DNA of 62,268 nucleotides, counting the filler, from Choristocarpus tenellus KU-1152 (Eukaryota > Protista > Phaeophyceae): NCBI GenBank assembly GCA_964200185.2. It is 9 parts of 9 records of this genome, joined end to end, with 100 filler letters (N's around TTAATTAATTAA, not from the genome) between each part and the next. Parts side by side here need not be neighbours in the genome. Positions count along the whole stretch, not along the records: positions 24,962 to 37,128 come from CAXNAD020001941.1; positions 37,229 to 41,264 come from CAXNAD020016555.1; 7 more parts are not named here. The stretch is one strand, 5' to 3'. Of this stretch, positions 25,160 to 39,387 are shown in pieces. The notes below the pieces were generated by a model that saw only the letters and a program-made list of their open reading frames with translations, had not been told where the DNA came from and searched no databases. Position 1 is the stretch's first letter. Every line of letters starts with the position of its first letter. The position numbers and the translations under genes are program-made.

Positions 25160-28100
25160 CTGCTCTCTCCTTTGAAGGCGTTGGCAATGTCCTTCACGTT
25201 TCCCTTTCTGCGGTGACTGGTGAGGTTGTCAAACTCGTCTAGGTGTTCCTACGCAAAACAAGAGTGAAGTAGGGGGGTTGAGGAACAAAACACACAAACA
25301 CACATACCTACATACCTACATATACATACATACATACCTACATATACCTACATATACATACATACATACATACATACATACATACATACATACATACATA
25401 CATACATACATACATACATACCTACATACCTACATATACATACATACATACATACACATACATACATACATACACAATATAAAACAAGTGCAATTTAACA
25501 CAAAAAAAATACAAGAGTACATTACTGTGCACACTTGGGGGGCATGCGATGCATGGTGCAACTCAAGTTCATCAAACCCATGCAGATGGGTTGACCTTGG
25601 TGTGCATCAAGTACTGTACACTGATACTCTCGCCCAATCATCATGTAAAAAATTCATTACACTTTTCAAAGTGTAAGAAAAATAAATAAATGTACCTACA
25701 CAAACAGACACACGGAAAATTCTGAGAGCATATGCTCAGGAACAGCAACACAACACGTTGTGAACCAGAGGACAGTCACTTGAATAACTGCATTAGACCA
25801 AGATGACTGCCAACCCAATTCCCAATCTCTTTTCAAAAAAACGTCCACACCACTTATCTTTGTCCTGCATGGACCCCAACAGAACTCACAACATTCCAAA
25901 CACAACCAACTGCAGTCTATGACAACAGCCTCAACTGTCTTCCAACATACATGGCACTACTCAAAAACATATGTAGCTGTAGCTCCAAACAAACACTGCA
26001 TAGGACAACATGTGGGACAAATCCTAAGGCATTCTTAAAAAGCATTCATTTTGAAGCCATTTCGGACTCCAGTACCCACACAGTATACCTTTTTCAAGTC
26101 CAAAGCTCTCTTGTCTGAATCAGGTACAGTGTCCCCCTCCCTCCCAGAGATAGACATGGCAATCTGTTGAACACTTCCTGCAGCAGTCACTTTTCGAGAC
26201 TAAAACCACAAACGTTTGTGACCAATTCCATAATAAAATTGCAGAGAGAGGGAGTGGGAGAGGGAAGGGGGGTGCCATTGTGAAGTGAGGAAGTGTATGC
26301 ATTGAAAAGAAGATACTACAATGCCCAGCGAGAAACAATCAAAGAAGCATCTTTGCCAGCAGGGGTTTCTATTTCTACAACTACAACTACTATTATTGTT
26401 TATTACTACTATCATTACTAGGAGTAGAGGTTACCAATTAGATAATGACATGTACTCCTTATCTGATTGTCAGTCCAAAAGTTTAACAAAAACTAGAAAT
26501 GGGTAGACCACATAGATGTGAGTTCCTTGTCTCCAAGAGATCACAAAATCAGAGACTAAAACACAAGACCAGAGACTGACACAAACTCCTATATTTTCTA
26601 CATTATCACTTCAACCTTTGGGTAATATACCTTAGTCAGACCATGCCAATCAGTTGGGTATAACCCCCACATATCGTAGAAGTTAGAATAGGTGTGAAGT
26701 GAGGGGGTGAGGAAGATCGAAGTTAACGCATTGGTAATGTGGTTTTGAATCAGACACTGATGGCGTGTTCTGCAGGAATAGTGAACATACCTGTATTTTG
26801 AAACAATTAATTAACTTATCAGCCCCATGGCCTGCAAATGTATATATACATATATATGTTTCTTCTTGTACCCATAGTGATACATACAACGCAGAAAATA
26901 ATATCAAAAGTGATACCAACTATAACACAGAAAATTATATCAAATGTGATACCAACTATAACACAGAAAATTATATCAAATGTGATACCAACTATAACAC
27001 AGAAAATTATATCAAAAGTGATACCAACTATAACACAGAAAATTATATCAAAAGCAATATCAATTACAACAGAGAAATTATATCAAAAGTAAGAACATAC
27101 TAAAGGAGTACTTCACACCCAATCACATCCAATATAAAAAGAAATCCGACATGATAACATAAAAATTTGATTCAAACTTCTTAAACCATTTCTTAATCAG
27201 AGAAGCATCTCAGATCACTTCATTTTAGACACAACATACACACACACATACATACATACATACATACATACATACATACATACATACATGCATAAAACAA
27301 AAAAAACAATATCATTCAATAAAATAAGATCTAAAAACCGTTACACAATCGTCTCGAGAAAGAAAAGGAGGATAGACAAACCTTGGGCAACTGTCCAAAC
27401 TCTGTATCACTATCATTAGGCCAGCGTGTCCGAGGTGTTTCTAGTTGGCGAGGCAATCGATTGTTTGAGCTGTTTGCAGTCAGGGACAGATTTGCCGCCT
27501 CTTCACTCCCCTGATTCATTCCGATTTGGGTCCGTCAATCCACCCCCAAGCAAAACACACACCACACAGGTAGGGGAAGTGTTTGGCGACGCAGTAACAA
27601 CCAAGCACCACAGCACCAAGGGATCAATGCTACAAATAAGGGGATGATAAAGGTGGACAATACGAAAATATTGAAGAACACACATGAGTTGAGCAAACAC
27701 CATGAATGTGTCGGTCATAACTACATAAGAGAGTCCAGCCTCACCAACAACAGTAATGCATTGCAGCCCAGGACACATCTGAGGGACGCAAATACCACAT
27801 GTGCATCTTCCGTGGTTAGTTGAAAGACCCTCTACAAAACCAAAAACGTATTTTTCGCAATAAACAATTAATGTTCTGAAACGTAATTTTTACAATAAAC
27901 AATTACTGTTCTGAAACATACTTTTCACAATAAACAATTCCTATCCTGGAAGGAAAAAAAAAACGCCAACTTTTGCCTTGAGGGTAAAACAGGTAGGGTC
28001 AAGGTCAGGCTCAGGGGTTTGAAGTAAATTTACCACAAAACAATGAAACACAACTAACCCTAACCCTGATTGTCAATATCTATAGTTTCTTTCACTTATC

Positions 28101-31100
28101 AGTGCAAGGCATGAAGGGGGGGGAAACGGTTGATATGAACAAAAAACTGAAAGTATCAAAAGTTGTCACCTTCCCCTTCTAACACAACTCAAAACACTAG
28201 CCCTCGTAGTACTACCACCCCTTAAACCATTCTGTTTCAAACAATGAGCCAAACCTAACCTCATCAGAGCTAGAACTTGTAACACCAACCTTCATACTTC
28301 CACATTATGTACAAACAGTTCTTCTGAATCTCATAACAGTCAAGCTGACCACACATAAACTTCTTAACTATCGCTCTCGTCAAACTTCAAACCCCCATGT
28401 CTCTGGAAGGAGAACATTAAACAGAGATACATGAAGGGAAGGAGGGGGTGTGTGACACCAGTCCACAGTTCTGTTGGAAGAAACATTTTGCAGCTCTCAA
28501 CTGATCCCACCACACCAAACCCATCCCATCTAGGGGAAGGACAGGATCACTGCTTACCATTGTTGAAAAGAGTTCTTCCAGTTGCTCAAGTTCCGCCTTG
28601 GCTTCCATCGCCGTTGCCCTTAGAGGTCATTTATACATCAAGGTTATAAGTCAGCAACGGTAGGGTAGAAGATAGTATTGACGGTATTGAAGTTGAACCT
28701 AGTAGAGGCTGGGCTTCCATTGGTGTTGCCCCCTAAGGTCATTCAAAATCAAACTATATTCATGAAGGTGAAAGGTAGGTATGCAAATAGTACTTGGGAT
28801 TCAAGAGGATATGGACAAGGTAAAGGTCAGCATTAGGTGTGTGAGTTAAGGTGGCAAAAGTTGGCATGATACAGGAGTAGCACCAGAGTTGCGTCTAGAT
28901 TCATGGGAAGGGGTAAAACATTAACGGATGCTACACATAGGCAATAGCAATCAGGGGGTACATCAATCATTCAAACTGCACAAACCTCAAGTGCAATAAA
29001 AAAACGTCGGCAGCTAAGAAGAACAAAATAAAAATAAATAAACAAGGGTCGATAATTCTAACTAAGCATCCATCATCCCCCTTGATATGCGAGCAGAACT
29101 CCCTCTACCCCTTGAACAGAAGATGTCTCAATGAGCAGACTAGTGGGTCAAAAACATAGAGGAAACCCCGTATGCATAGAGTGAGTGCCATCTACACACA
29201 CATGAATACATGCATTGAAACAAGTAACTGCTAAACAATCTTCATTCCTGCGTGCAATCTTCGAGACATACGTGAAAACTACCATCAACAAAGAACAAGA
29301 AATAGAGGAATGGGTGGCGCCTCCCCAGGGTGTTGGAGACGTTCACCACCAACTGAGGAAAGCCTGCACGGGAACGTCCAGTCAACCTGATCCTATACTA
29401 CACTAACAATCCCGGGACATGCAGCTAAAGATTGTACACAAAAGAATCATAATACACAGTATATATAGGACTAACACTGCCATCATCATCTCGCCCTAAA
29501 CCTAACCCTAACCGTTCCTTCTATTGAAAGAACAGTGGCTGTTATAGCTGAGGTTCACTCAAGACTGGATCAGTGCATTTTTAAAAAGAGCAGACTACAG
29601 AGGAAGTTCTGTTGGCGGTATTGAGAGTACACACTATGACATCAACGACTCCTCAACCCTAACCTTAACCTCAACATCCTAAAACATGGTCTAAATGCCC
29701 AACCCATCAAAAGAATAACCTGGACCTGCCTTTGAGAGGAAATTAGATGGGAGTGATGACTGCAGCCCCTGAATGGCATTAAAACCCCTGAAGTTGAAGT
29801 AGGGGCCCATACCCATCATTTTCTCCCTTTACGATTCTTGTAGGGGATGGAGTTCAAGGTCTCTAATACCACTAGATATGTAATCACTGACATCATACCT
29901 ATTTAGTGGAACCAGACTCCACAGTATGGCATAAATGGATGTAACAGTGCCAATAGATGCTAACACTTTTGCAAGGACAGTCCAAGGTGTTACATCACAA
30001 CACATTGTAGCAACATACTATATGAACACACTGTGAATAAGCACATCCCCAACAGGATATGAACACCTCCACTCAACCCTGAGCATAAACCAAGTATTTA
30101 ATAAACACACATGATTGGTCCATGACCTGTCCTGTCCCATTATAGTCATTTTTCCATAGCAACAAAGCACTCAAGGACCCATCAATTGACGCACAAAAAT
30201 GACAAGAAAAATATGAACAGAACATGCTCAGATCTATCAAACGCGGACGCCCTGCTGCCTTCACTGCCACTCACCATGCCCACAAACTATGCTCAGCACC
30301 AGCTATGATCCCAAATCAAAGCACCATTGCAATTTACCATCTATTGCATTGGTCACACCACAACTATTAACCACCATCACCTACACCATGAGCAACACCC
30401 AATCCATTACAGCAAAAAAAACTCACCACACTCCTATCAATCCCAAATAGCAACTACAAACATCTTAGAAAGCACCCCAGACAAAACTTTCTCATTCCCC
30501 ATCACTGCATACTCTGCAAACCTTCACACGTCCCACCTTGTGATGCTGGAACTGCAACTGCCTGACCGACTACCAGCACGACTACCAGCACGACTACCAG
30601 CACGGCTCCCTGTACCGCTGCCATCAAGTGTCCCTGCATAGCACATCAGAGCCAACCAAGCCATGCCAATATTGAGGGCAAAAAGGATCATCAATGAAGA
30701 TTAAGCACTCTACACTTATGTATGGTAGTGCATTACATGTGTTACCATGTATCCTTTTGATGACCATAACAATCAAAACATTTTGAACTATTTTGATGAC
30801 AATCATCCCAAAGCACGTTGTAGAACGCGCTCTACGCATGCAATTAATTAGTCTTAGTAGTATTTCCGAAAATGTCAACATTGTGACCTAATAATATTGG
30901 TAGTACATCCATGAAATTGATTGAGGCTATTACATACATATTGTAACAATTCACATCACATGTTGTTAGTGCTTTTTTCGCAACGATTTCGTCACACAAC
31001 CAACCTTCCGATGCAGTGTCTGCAAGTTTGTCTGCTGACTTGGTGGATGGCATGATGCTGGTGAAATGCTTGGCCATTTCCTGAACAGATTGCGTCCTTT

Positions 31101-32499
31101 GACCAGTGAGACGGCGGTACTCCGAAAATGTGTCCTATTCCCAGCACACAATCAAAAACAAGAATCAATGTAAACTCAACAGAGAACAACCAAAGTACAA
31201 CAGAGGAGTCCAAAAACTTGGTTGTAATGGGAGTAGGGTTAAAACTAGAGTTAGGGCTAGTGTTAGGAGTTAGGGTTAGGGCTTATTTGGATGCTACTGC
31301 TGCAGGCTCTGGTCCTTGTACCAGAGAATACATGTAGACGAGGCAGAATTTGTGTCTGTCAGAAAAAAGGAGATACTTGATCTCTGTGAGGGATCACTGC
31401 CTAACATCACAATTTGTGCTTGTTCCAACTCAGCAAAATATGGCTCATCGGTGAAGCACATTTGTACACCAGATGAACTCTTCAGCAAGTCTTTGATGTC
31501 TGCACCAGAGGATTAGAAGGGCACCTCAATAAAAATGCTCACAACAACTCTTCACCGTAGCTACATCATAGGATGTCTACTAACTACCATGCTATGCCTG
31601 TCCAATAATAAACTCACCGTAATCTGTAACAAATATTTTAGAACCACTCTAACCCTAAGACCATGATATATCTGTTAATAGCACATTTCTACTGCATACA
31701 ATATCTACGCATTCATAAAGTGACTCATCTTGACGCTTGCAATAGTACTCGGTATTTTTGCTGTTGTTGGGTATGAACTGATGTATATCCACAGCTTCTT
31801 ATATGCTCACGGATGAAAGATTGTTTACACAAGCCAAGGAAATGAATAGATACTACAGCTCTAAAATACGACGATTAATTGCACCTGCACATAAAGGTGA
31901 GGGTAGTACCCTTGTCAAGAACAAACGGTATTATCGCTTCGGCAGTATGGTCCTGACATACTTATCAAGGAAGAGTCACCTTTCTCAGCTTCTCGGTTTT
32001 TTGAGAATCGGTCCTAAAAGAACCTGCAAACTTTCCCTGGGTTTGCTGGAAATTTGATCGCGGACTCCTGGCCCGCTGCTCCTGGTGTTCAGCCTAGGAT
32101 GGCAAAGCGAGGGAATGATATCTTCAGTAAAATAGGGACAGTCAGAACATGTCCCAAGCGAAGAAAGTATTTCCAGCTCGCAAAGCTTCCGTGCAATGAA
32201 AGGCTGCCAGGATGAGATATACGTATGGTCCTTGTACAGAAATTATGGACTCTAAGGTCTGTACGCTAGGCCCTTGCACCCACAATGTTCCACCGTGCCA
32301 TGCTCCATAACCTTACCTTCACCTTTGACCTCAACGCGGATTCTCGTTCTTTCAGGGCCTCTTCCCATTTCTTCCCTGTAGCAGAAGCCATTGAGCCCCC
32401 TGTACTGACTCCCGCTCCGGAAGTGGCTGATTCGTCTTCCTCATTCAACATGTACTGAAGATGCTGATAATGTGGCATCATAGGATCGTTGGGGTCCAT
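25160..32499 (-). CDS. 5' part of a multi-exon gene of unknown function
   Basis: Exons with AG/GT borders: 32317-32499 (MDPNDPMMPHYQ..), about 31980-32093 (AEHQEQRARSPR..), 31005-31080 (EMAKHFTSIMP..), 30536-30634 (GSRAGSRAGSR..), 28558-28619 (MEAKAELEQLEELFSTM), 27382-27510 and 25160-25248 (EHLDEFDNLTSHRRKG..). Confidence 0.65.
25300..25475 (+). repeat. (TACA)n microsatellite
   Basis: Long imperfect CATA/TACA run; similar runs at 27248-27290 and 57314-57370. Confidence 0.95.
26876..27089 (+). repeat. 36-bp minisatellite, about 6 copies, intronic
   Basis: Unit AGTGATACCAACTATAACACAGAAAATTATATCAAA. Confidence 0.95.
27842..27945 (+). repeat. About 36-bp tandem repeat, 3 copies
   Basis: AAACGTA.TTTT..CAATAAACAATTA.TGTTCTG units. 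Confidence 0.8.
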
Positions 32500-35400
32500 T
32501 CAGTGGTTGAATGATTGAGAATGAGTTTATACGAGTCTATAAGATGGAGACAAGTGTTCAAGTAAGTTCTGCAAAAAGCAGTCCAGTCACTGAGCAAGCA
32601 TTTGCGGCAATAGACAATGAAACCTTTGCACCATAAGGGTGCTGTTGGCTGGATGTTGTTGGAACGGGTATCGGCAACGGGTCCAAAACCCAAAACACCG
32701 CTACTCTGGACAACTGATAGAATTTTCACAGGAGCATCTCAAAGCAAAGAATTATGTGGGTACCGGCTGCAATACATACCCAAATTCGTTGTTCACGAGA
32801 ACAAACACCAACTAGATACCACATATCGATCAGATTTCTGGTCAAACCAATAGATCTTCCACTCCAACCTCACTCACAAGTTCTCGACTGGCTTTGGCCG
32901 TCTAATCCAAGAGGTCACCACGACAATATTTCCTTTAGGGATGTGACCTTGTCACTCTATCTTCTCTTGCTTCCAGTAGGGTTAGACTATACTGAGCCTG
33001 GGTTGCATGGTGGGTCCACCTTTCAATACTTTTATCAACCGCCTCTTGTTGGAACATTCATATTGCTGTTGTTGCTCAAACCACAAACCGACCGTTATCC
33101 GTGTAATCATTGATTGGGTCGGTTCGTCATGACCTCAATTGTTGACCGACCGTCATATCGACAGAAATTTTGAAACAAAATACCACTTTTGTTTTGGTCC
33201 AGATTTCTGGAATGGTTTAGTTTATGGTCCAGTAAGAATTAAAATACTACACAGATCAAACCTAGCCATTCCATATTACACTGCACCACCCATCAACGCC
33301 CACAACTCGGTCCCCCTGTCTTCGTGTCCTCCCCACACGGTTGCTTTGGCGGGAAGGACCTCCCCAGAGTCCCCAACAAAACTGTCATCACACCCCGCAA
33401 AAACCGGAACTCCTCCCAAGCAGAAAATCACAACAAACCAACAACAGAAGAAGAAGATAAATCAAACAAAACCAAACAATACCTCCCCCAGTTACCCCTC
33501 TCATTAGTAGCAGGGAGAGTGGGATGCAAAGTTGCTCAAAATCAACTCTCCCCATCCAACTCATCTTAACATATCCACATTCTCTTGCTTGCTGCAACCA
33601 CTCCAGATCATTTTCACCTACTACTCCCTTGAACTACAACCACTCTTACTCTACGTGATGTCGCAAATAATTCCCCTATTGACCTCTCTGCACAATCCGA
33701 ACTGCCATCCTATACCACAAAAAAGCTGAACCAAGAAATGGTGGCCACGCTTCAATGTTCTGCGAGACAGAGACGGGCCTGGCACAAGATTCGAGGGAGA
33801 ATTGGGGCGACAAGCAGTGGAACGATCAAGCCTAACACGCGAGACATAAGGTAAGAACGGAGATAGTAGAGTTAGTGGTAGAAATGTAACAGCAGTTAGT
33901 AGTTGGTACGAGAAATATAGAGTGCAAAGTATGAAAATAAAATTAGAGTAGTGCCTCAGACCACAGGTGAGGAATGCCCTGGTTAAAATATGAAGAGATT
34001 TTGATGACGTATCGTACACTGAAATTGTACATTACTATATAATAATATGTTTATGTATAAGTGGGCGTAATACATGTACACGTGGAAAATGATCGTGCAC
34101 AATGTTGTATGTGCTTCAGAGTGAAATATATTAGAATTTACAAAAAAAAAATGCCCCCACTGCAACAATCGAAGGTTCATCAGACACACAAGAGTTGGAT
34201 TAAACCTATAAAGTATATTGGAAAATAAGAAAATAAAAAAGAAATGAAGACAATTATAGTTGAAACTGCCTCTACACTTGACACTATGAAGGCGGTCAAG
34301 AAAGAGAAGAATCCCAAGAGTCAGTCAAGTCCCTCCTACCCCACTCACCAGGTTTCTCCAGTTTAGAATGTCTGACACTTCGGTTGACACATTATTTCTG
34401 TATCCACTGATATTTTGCAGAGATTGTCATGTAAGGGGAAATGAGTCGTGTGTATTATTGATATTACTCTTGTTGAATTCCGTAACACCACTCTGAACAA
34501 TAGTGACGACAGATTTACCCACAAAAAAATCGCTACCACCTGTTACGATGTGCACACTCAGTCAAATGATATCCTCCCACAGGACAAATCAGAGTGAACG
34601 TGTGTAACCATCAGTTTATTTGTGAAGAGCAGGCCCTATTGGACATGCCAAATCCCGCAATCCTCATCAAGCACAACCCTAGCGCAAGTATTAATGGAGA
34701 GGCCTCCCATGAGGTAGTTCATACAATCCGATAGACAAAGAAGACTCGCTATGATGTATTGAACGTATGTCATCAACACGACCCCGTCCCTTGGAAAAGT
34801 AGGTAGTCTTGTTTACAGCAAGTGTTCCACATCATTACTGATACAAAAAATGCCTTGAAAATTATTGTTCTGATTTTTTCGAGCACCACAGTCTTTCCCA
34901 CTCTCTAAAATGACGATTTTTTAGGGTACCCAGAATATTCGGGTCCAGCCCAGGTTGTTACGCCCAATCAGCAATAAACCTGTACTCTGAATGATGTTTT
35001 AATTAGTATTACGAAAAGAAATATTAGGCAGGCAGGAAAACTTGGTTTTGTAGGACACTTTTTTGCCCATTTTCGAGAGAAAATTTTATCTTGTATCTAA
35101 CTCTTCCTCAAATCACTACCGAACCTCTAACCATCTATTGACACTAAGTTTGGGATTGGAAAGACCAGAACCCTAGCATTCCATAGGTATACTTTCCGCC
35201 TGCAGTGGTTGCACAGTGGCGCCTAGAAGTTGAAAGATAGATTTGGGGATTAATCAATCGACTTGGGTAATAATCTCAACCTCATGTTCAACAAGGCAAC
35301 ATATTCTTCCTTGTGGTGACTGAGAACTGTGCAAGCACCCCACATTCACAGATCCCCACAGTCCAAAGCCATGCACGAGATACAAGGGATCGTGCACGGT

Positions 35401-37941
35401 GGTATAAAAAAAGAAAATTGAGGCTGGATAACAGGGAAGTGCAGACTCGGAAAGAACATGAGTAAGAGAGTGAATGCGCGAAAGGGGAAGAAGACAAAGG
35501 CTGATTTCCTAGCCTTGAGCGAAGCTGCCAAATGTTGCTGGGTAAAGAAGTTGTAGCTGTGAAGAAGACTGAGGAGGATGAAGAGAAAGAGCTGAGGGAG
35601 GAAAACCTCGTTGGTCGCCCTGGGAATGAGATTGGCATCTCCCGAGTATTAGAGATTGAGAAGGATGTAGAAGAGAAATGATGAAGAGTAGGAGGAGAAT
35701 GTGGACGAATAGAACATGACACCCCGTGTAGAGATTTAAAGAAGAATAGATGAGCCTTCATAATAACTCAAAACATTTCAATGCTTCGATTCTTCAGTAA
35801 CCCAAACATTAGTGAAAAACTGGAAGGCCTGGAAGGCCAGTCTTACACGGTAGTAGCATGCAGAGATACACATTCTTATGTAGTGTCTGCCATGAGCACA
35901 GTGCACCGAATATCTGTGCTCTCTTTGCTTTTCATGCCTTCCTTGTACGCCAAATACTTCAAAATACTTCACTACTACCCTAACTGTACATGGTGTATTT
36001 CTCGGACCTAGTATCACCCCAACAGAACCATCTATACACACACGACAGGTACCTTAACATAATGTCTCTGGCAGTATGCATGTATGTAGTTCCTCACGAA
36101 AAAAATCTTATTGTCAATGACTTTCGTAGTAGTAGTGGTGTGAAATTTCCACCCCCCCCATTCCAACAATCTCAAAATACGTCCTCTGATAGGTTCATAC
36201 CATGCGTTATCTATCGAAGAATTCAATTTCCTCTTCGTGTTATTGGGTGGCCCTTACCCTCTCAAGTTAATTCACCTTGCAAGTTTAATGGGATTCGACG
36301 AAGAATTATGTTCATGGTCATAAGCTCACACACGATATTATTGCTAGTTCTTTCGTAAACTTGAAAAATTGTACAACTTATTTTATCCATACTAACATAC
36401 ACTATTTTTTCCTCTAATCTGTTCAAAGTGGGACGGTCGGTAGTCGATACTCCACAATAATGTCAAAAAAAAAATAGGACGGATTATCGCACAATAGACA
36501 TGTATCACATTATCACATGTGAATGAAAGGGGAAGCGAATGGTATGTATGTTGGAATGAAAACGATGTTTCGTGATGGAATACAGAGTTGAGAGTTATGG
36601 ATGGTATGAACGATGCGAATAAATAGGGAAATCAATGACATATAAATGCGGATGTTCCATTAGAATGATATTTGGACTATATTATTAGGATGTTGTATCG
36701 ATGTTCCTAGGTGTCAAAAAGTCAAAATGTCTCAATATTTCAAATGTTCAACAATTTAAATATTGATTTTTGAAATATCATTATATAATATTGTTTAACA
36801 TTTTGAGATTTAAACAATAATATTATTATTTACATTTTCTATCTTGGTATCATTCCTTTCTATCTTTTGAACCCCTTTCACATATCTGTAACGAAGTGAT
36901 TCCTGTCACTCTACATGTCTATCATCTGTCTATATGTGACAAGTAGCAGCGGTTCACATCCTCGCGCATAAGATCGCCCCGTGCTCGCGTATAGATGTAA
37001 TAATATTTATATTATTATGACCTCTGACATTTTGCAGATGTGTCAGGGGGAAACCAATGAAAACTATATACATATGTAACAGCCGATTTCAAAAATTGAG
37101 GATGGAGCTTTTCATTGAGGATGGGCTTNNNNNNNNNNNNNNNNNNNNNNNNNNNNNNNNNNNNNNNNNNNNTTAATTAATTAANNNNNNNNNNNNNNNN
37201 NNNNNNNNNNNNNNNNNNNNNNNNNNNNCAAACCTTTTTGTTTGTTTTCATACCAACAGGTATACAACAGTGAGGGGTAAGAGGAAGGGGGGGGGAGAGG
37301 GCGGGGATCAAACAGTGACATTCTTTAAACTGGTTTCACCTTCAAGGGGTCTAGAGCTGCACCCTGGGGCGGTATTTGAAACAGATCGGGAGTTTGATTG
37401 GTTGAATTTTGAGGGGATGGCATGACAGTCAAAAGGTGTATCTTACCCTGTCCTGGCATTCACCAAGGCACAAAATTATATATTTTTTATTTTAATAGAA
37501 ATAACACTAACAATACTACTAGCAGTAATGATGCATCAAGGGGAAAAAGAAGCAACAAATTCCCCACATCGTTCTATTCTTACATACATTTACAATCAAG
37601 TTAGTAAGCGGGTCCCCTCACATCATTCTATTTTTATTCTTATTTACAAGGGATAAAATCAGAGGATAGCTAAGGGAGTATACCTCACCTAATATTATTA
37701 CCAGTTAGAACATTATATTTGGTTTCTGGATACACAGCTGTCTGTTGCTGTAATTTGTACCCCTACCAGTAGGGTCAACTAGGTACGGTTAGGGAAACTT
37801 CAACTTTGTAAGAGGCAACTCTTACCTAGCAATTACTAGCTACTTACTACAGTCAGCTAAAAAAAAAGTAAACTACATAAGGTTAGGCCTCTCAGAATAT
37901 ATGTGAGTGTGTGTCTTGTGCTTTCAGTGTTTATCTCATAC

Positions 37942-38098
37942 AATGTAACTACTAATGTAACTATTAATGTAATTACTAATGTAATTATTAATGTAATTAC
38001 TAATGTAACTACTAATGTAACTACTAATGTAATTACTAATGTAACTACTAATGTAACTATTAATGTGATTACTAACGTAACTATTAATGTAACTACTG
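37942..38098 (+). repeat. 12-bp minisatellite
   Basis: AATGTAACTACT / AATGTAATTACT units, about 13 copies. Confidence 0.95.
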
Positions 38099-38997
38099 TA
38101 CACAGTAGCTTTCAGCTATCGTATATCTTAGTATTTCAACTCAAACTATCAACAGACCTCACCACTTTAAAATATCAATCGATTTTGAAACAAAGAGAGT
38201 GCAAATTAAACTGAAACAAATAGTTAATAACAATTAACCATAACAATAATAATATCATCAATAGCAGTAACAAGCAGTCAACACCAATCAACCACAATAA
38301 AACACCAATAATAGTAACTAACAGCTATTACCAATAATTAACAATACAGAACACATGTTGACCAATCACTACTCTTTTTTTTTAAATGCACCAAACAAAT
38401 TAACCAATCAGTACAACAGAACACCCCCTATCCAAAAAATAACACCACAAAGTCAACCAATCAAACAACAGACCGACTTACCTCCTTGTTTGACAGTTTC
38501 AAGCACACCCTCCTCCTTTCACGTCCTCTGTATAACCCCTTTCAAGTACCCCCTCCCAAGACCCACCAAACACCATGAAACTGTTTGCAGGACCCACCAC
38601 TACCACACCACTTCATCCAACCCAAGTACAGACTAACACTAACACAGCAAGGTATCACTCTGCCTCCCTCAACTGAAAAATCTAAAATAACAATAATAAT
38701 AACAATAATAATAATAATGATAAAAAAAGTAATGATAATAATAATAATAACAATAACAATAATAATATTGGAAGGATATTGACTAGCGTTTAGTGGCATT
38801 CAAAAGCAGGCTATCAAGTTTGTATGAAATAAGAATGTCTTGATGTACCAAATGATAGTCTATACCATACACCTATACCATACACCTATACAATACACAA
38901 GAGGTGCGTATGATAGTCATTTGGGGAGTTGTGTGTGTGTGTGTGTAGTCCAGCAAAACATATTGAGAATACTGAGGAAAAGAAAGGGGAGAGCAAA

Positions 38998-39161
38998 CAA
39001 TAATAATGATAACAATAATAACACTTATAATAATAATAAAAATAATAATGATAACAATAATAACACTTATAATAATAATAACAATAATAATGATAACAAT
39101 AATAACACTTATAATAATAATAACAATTATATAATAATAACAATAATGAAATAATAATAAT
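38998..39161 (+). repeat. (AAT)n-derived repeat with a 42-bp higher-order unit
   Basis: AATAATAATGATAACAATAATAACACTTAT recurs three times; another AAT run at 38685-38767. Confidence 0.9.
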
Positions 39162-39387
39162 ACGATACCATCGGCAACACCAACCCCTCAACCCAGTCCG
39201 GGCTATATACCCCTTGGAAACAAGATGGAGGAAATGAAAATCACACTATGGAAATGTACAGTCCATTACAGGCACTTGATTGCACTGCTGCTTCCCAAGA
39301 GTAAATGTCATTTGATTGCACTATTACAGTCATTTGATTGCACTATTACAGTCATTTGATTGCACTATGGAAATGTACAGTCCTCAC

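Noticed and set aside
26876-27089. 36-bp repeats of CRISPR-like length, and the SDTNYNTENYIK ORF
   Set aside because: Head-to-tail with no unique spacers, no cas genes and an intronic location: a minisatellite.
32560-36400. Probable further TE relics (LINE/Copia-like text)
   Set aside because: Too degraded to assign by eye.
37903-39191. ORFs rich in NVTT, poly-N, poly-I or YYC
   Set aside because: Translations of micro- and minisatellites.
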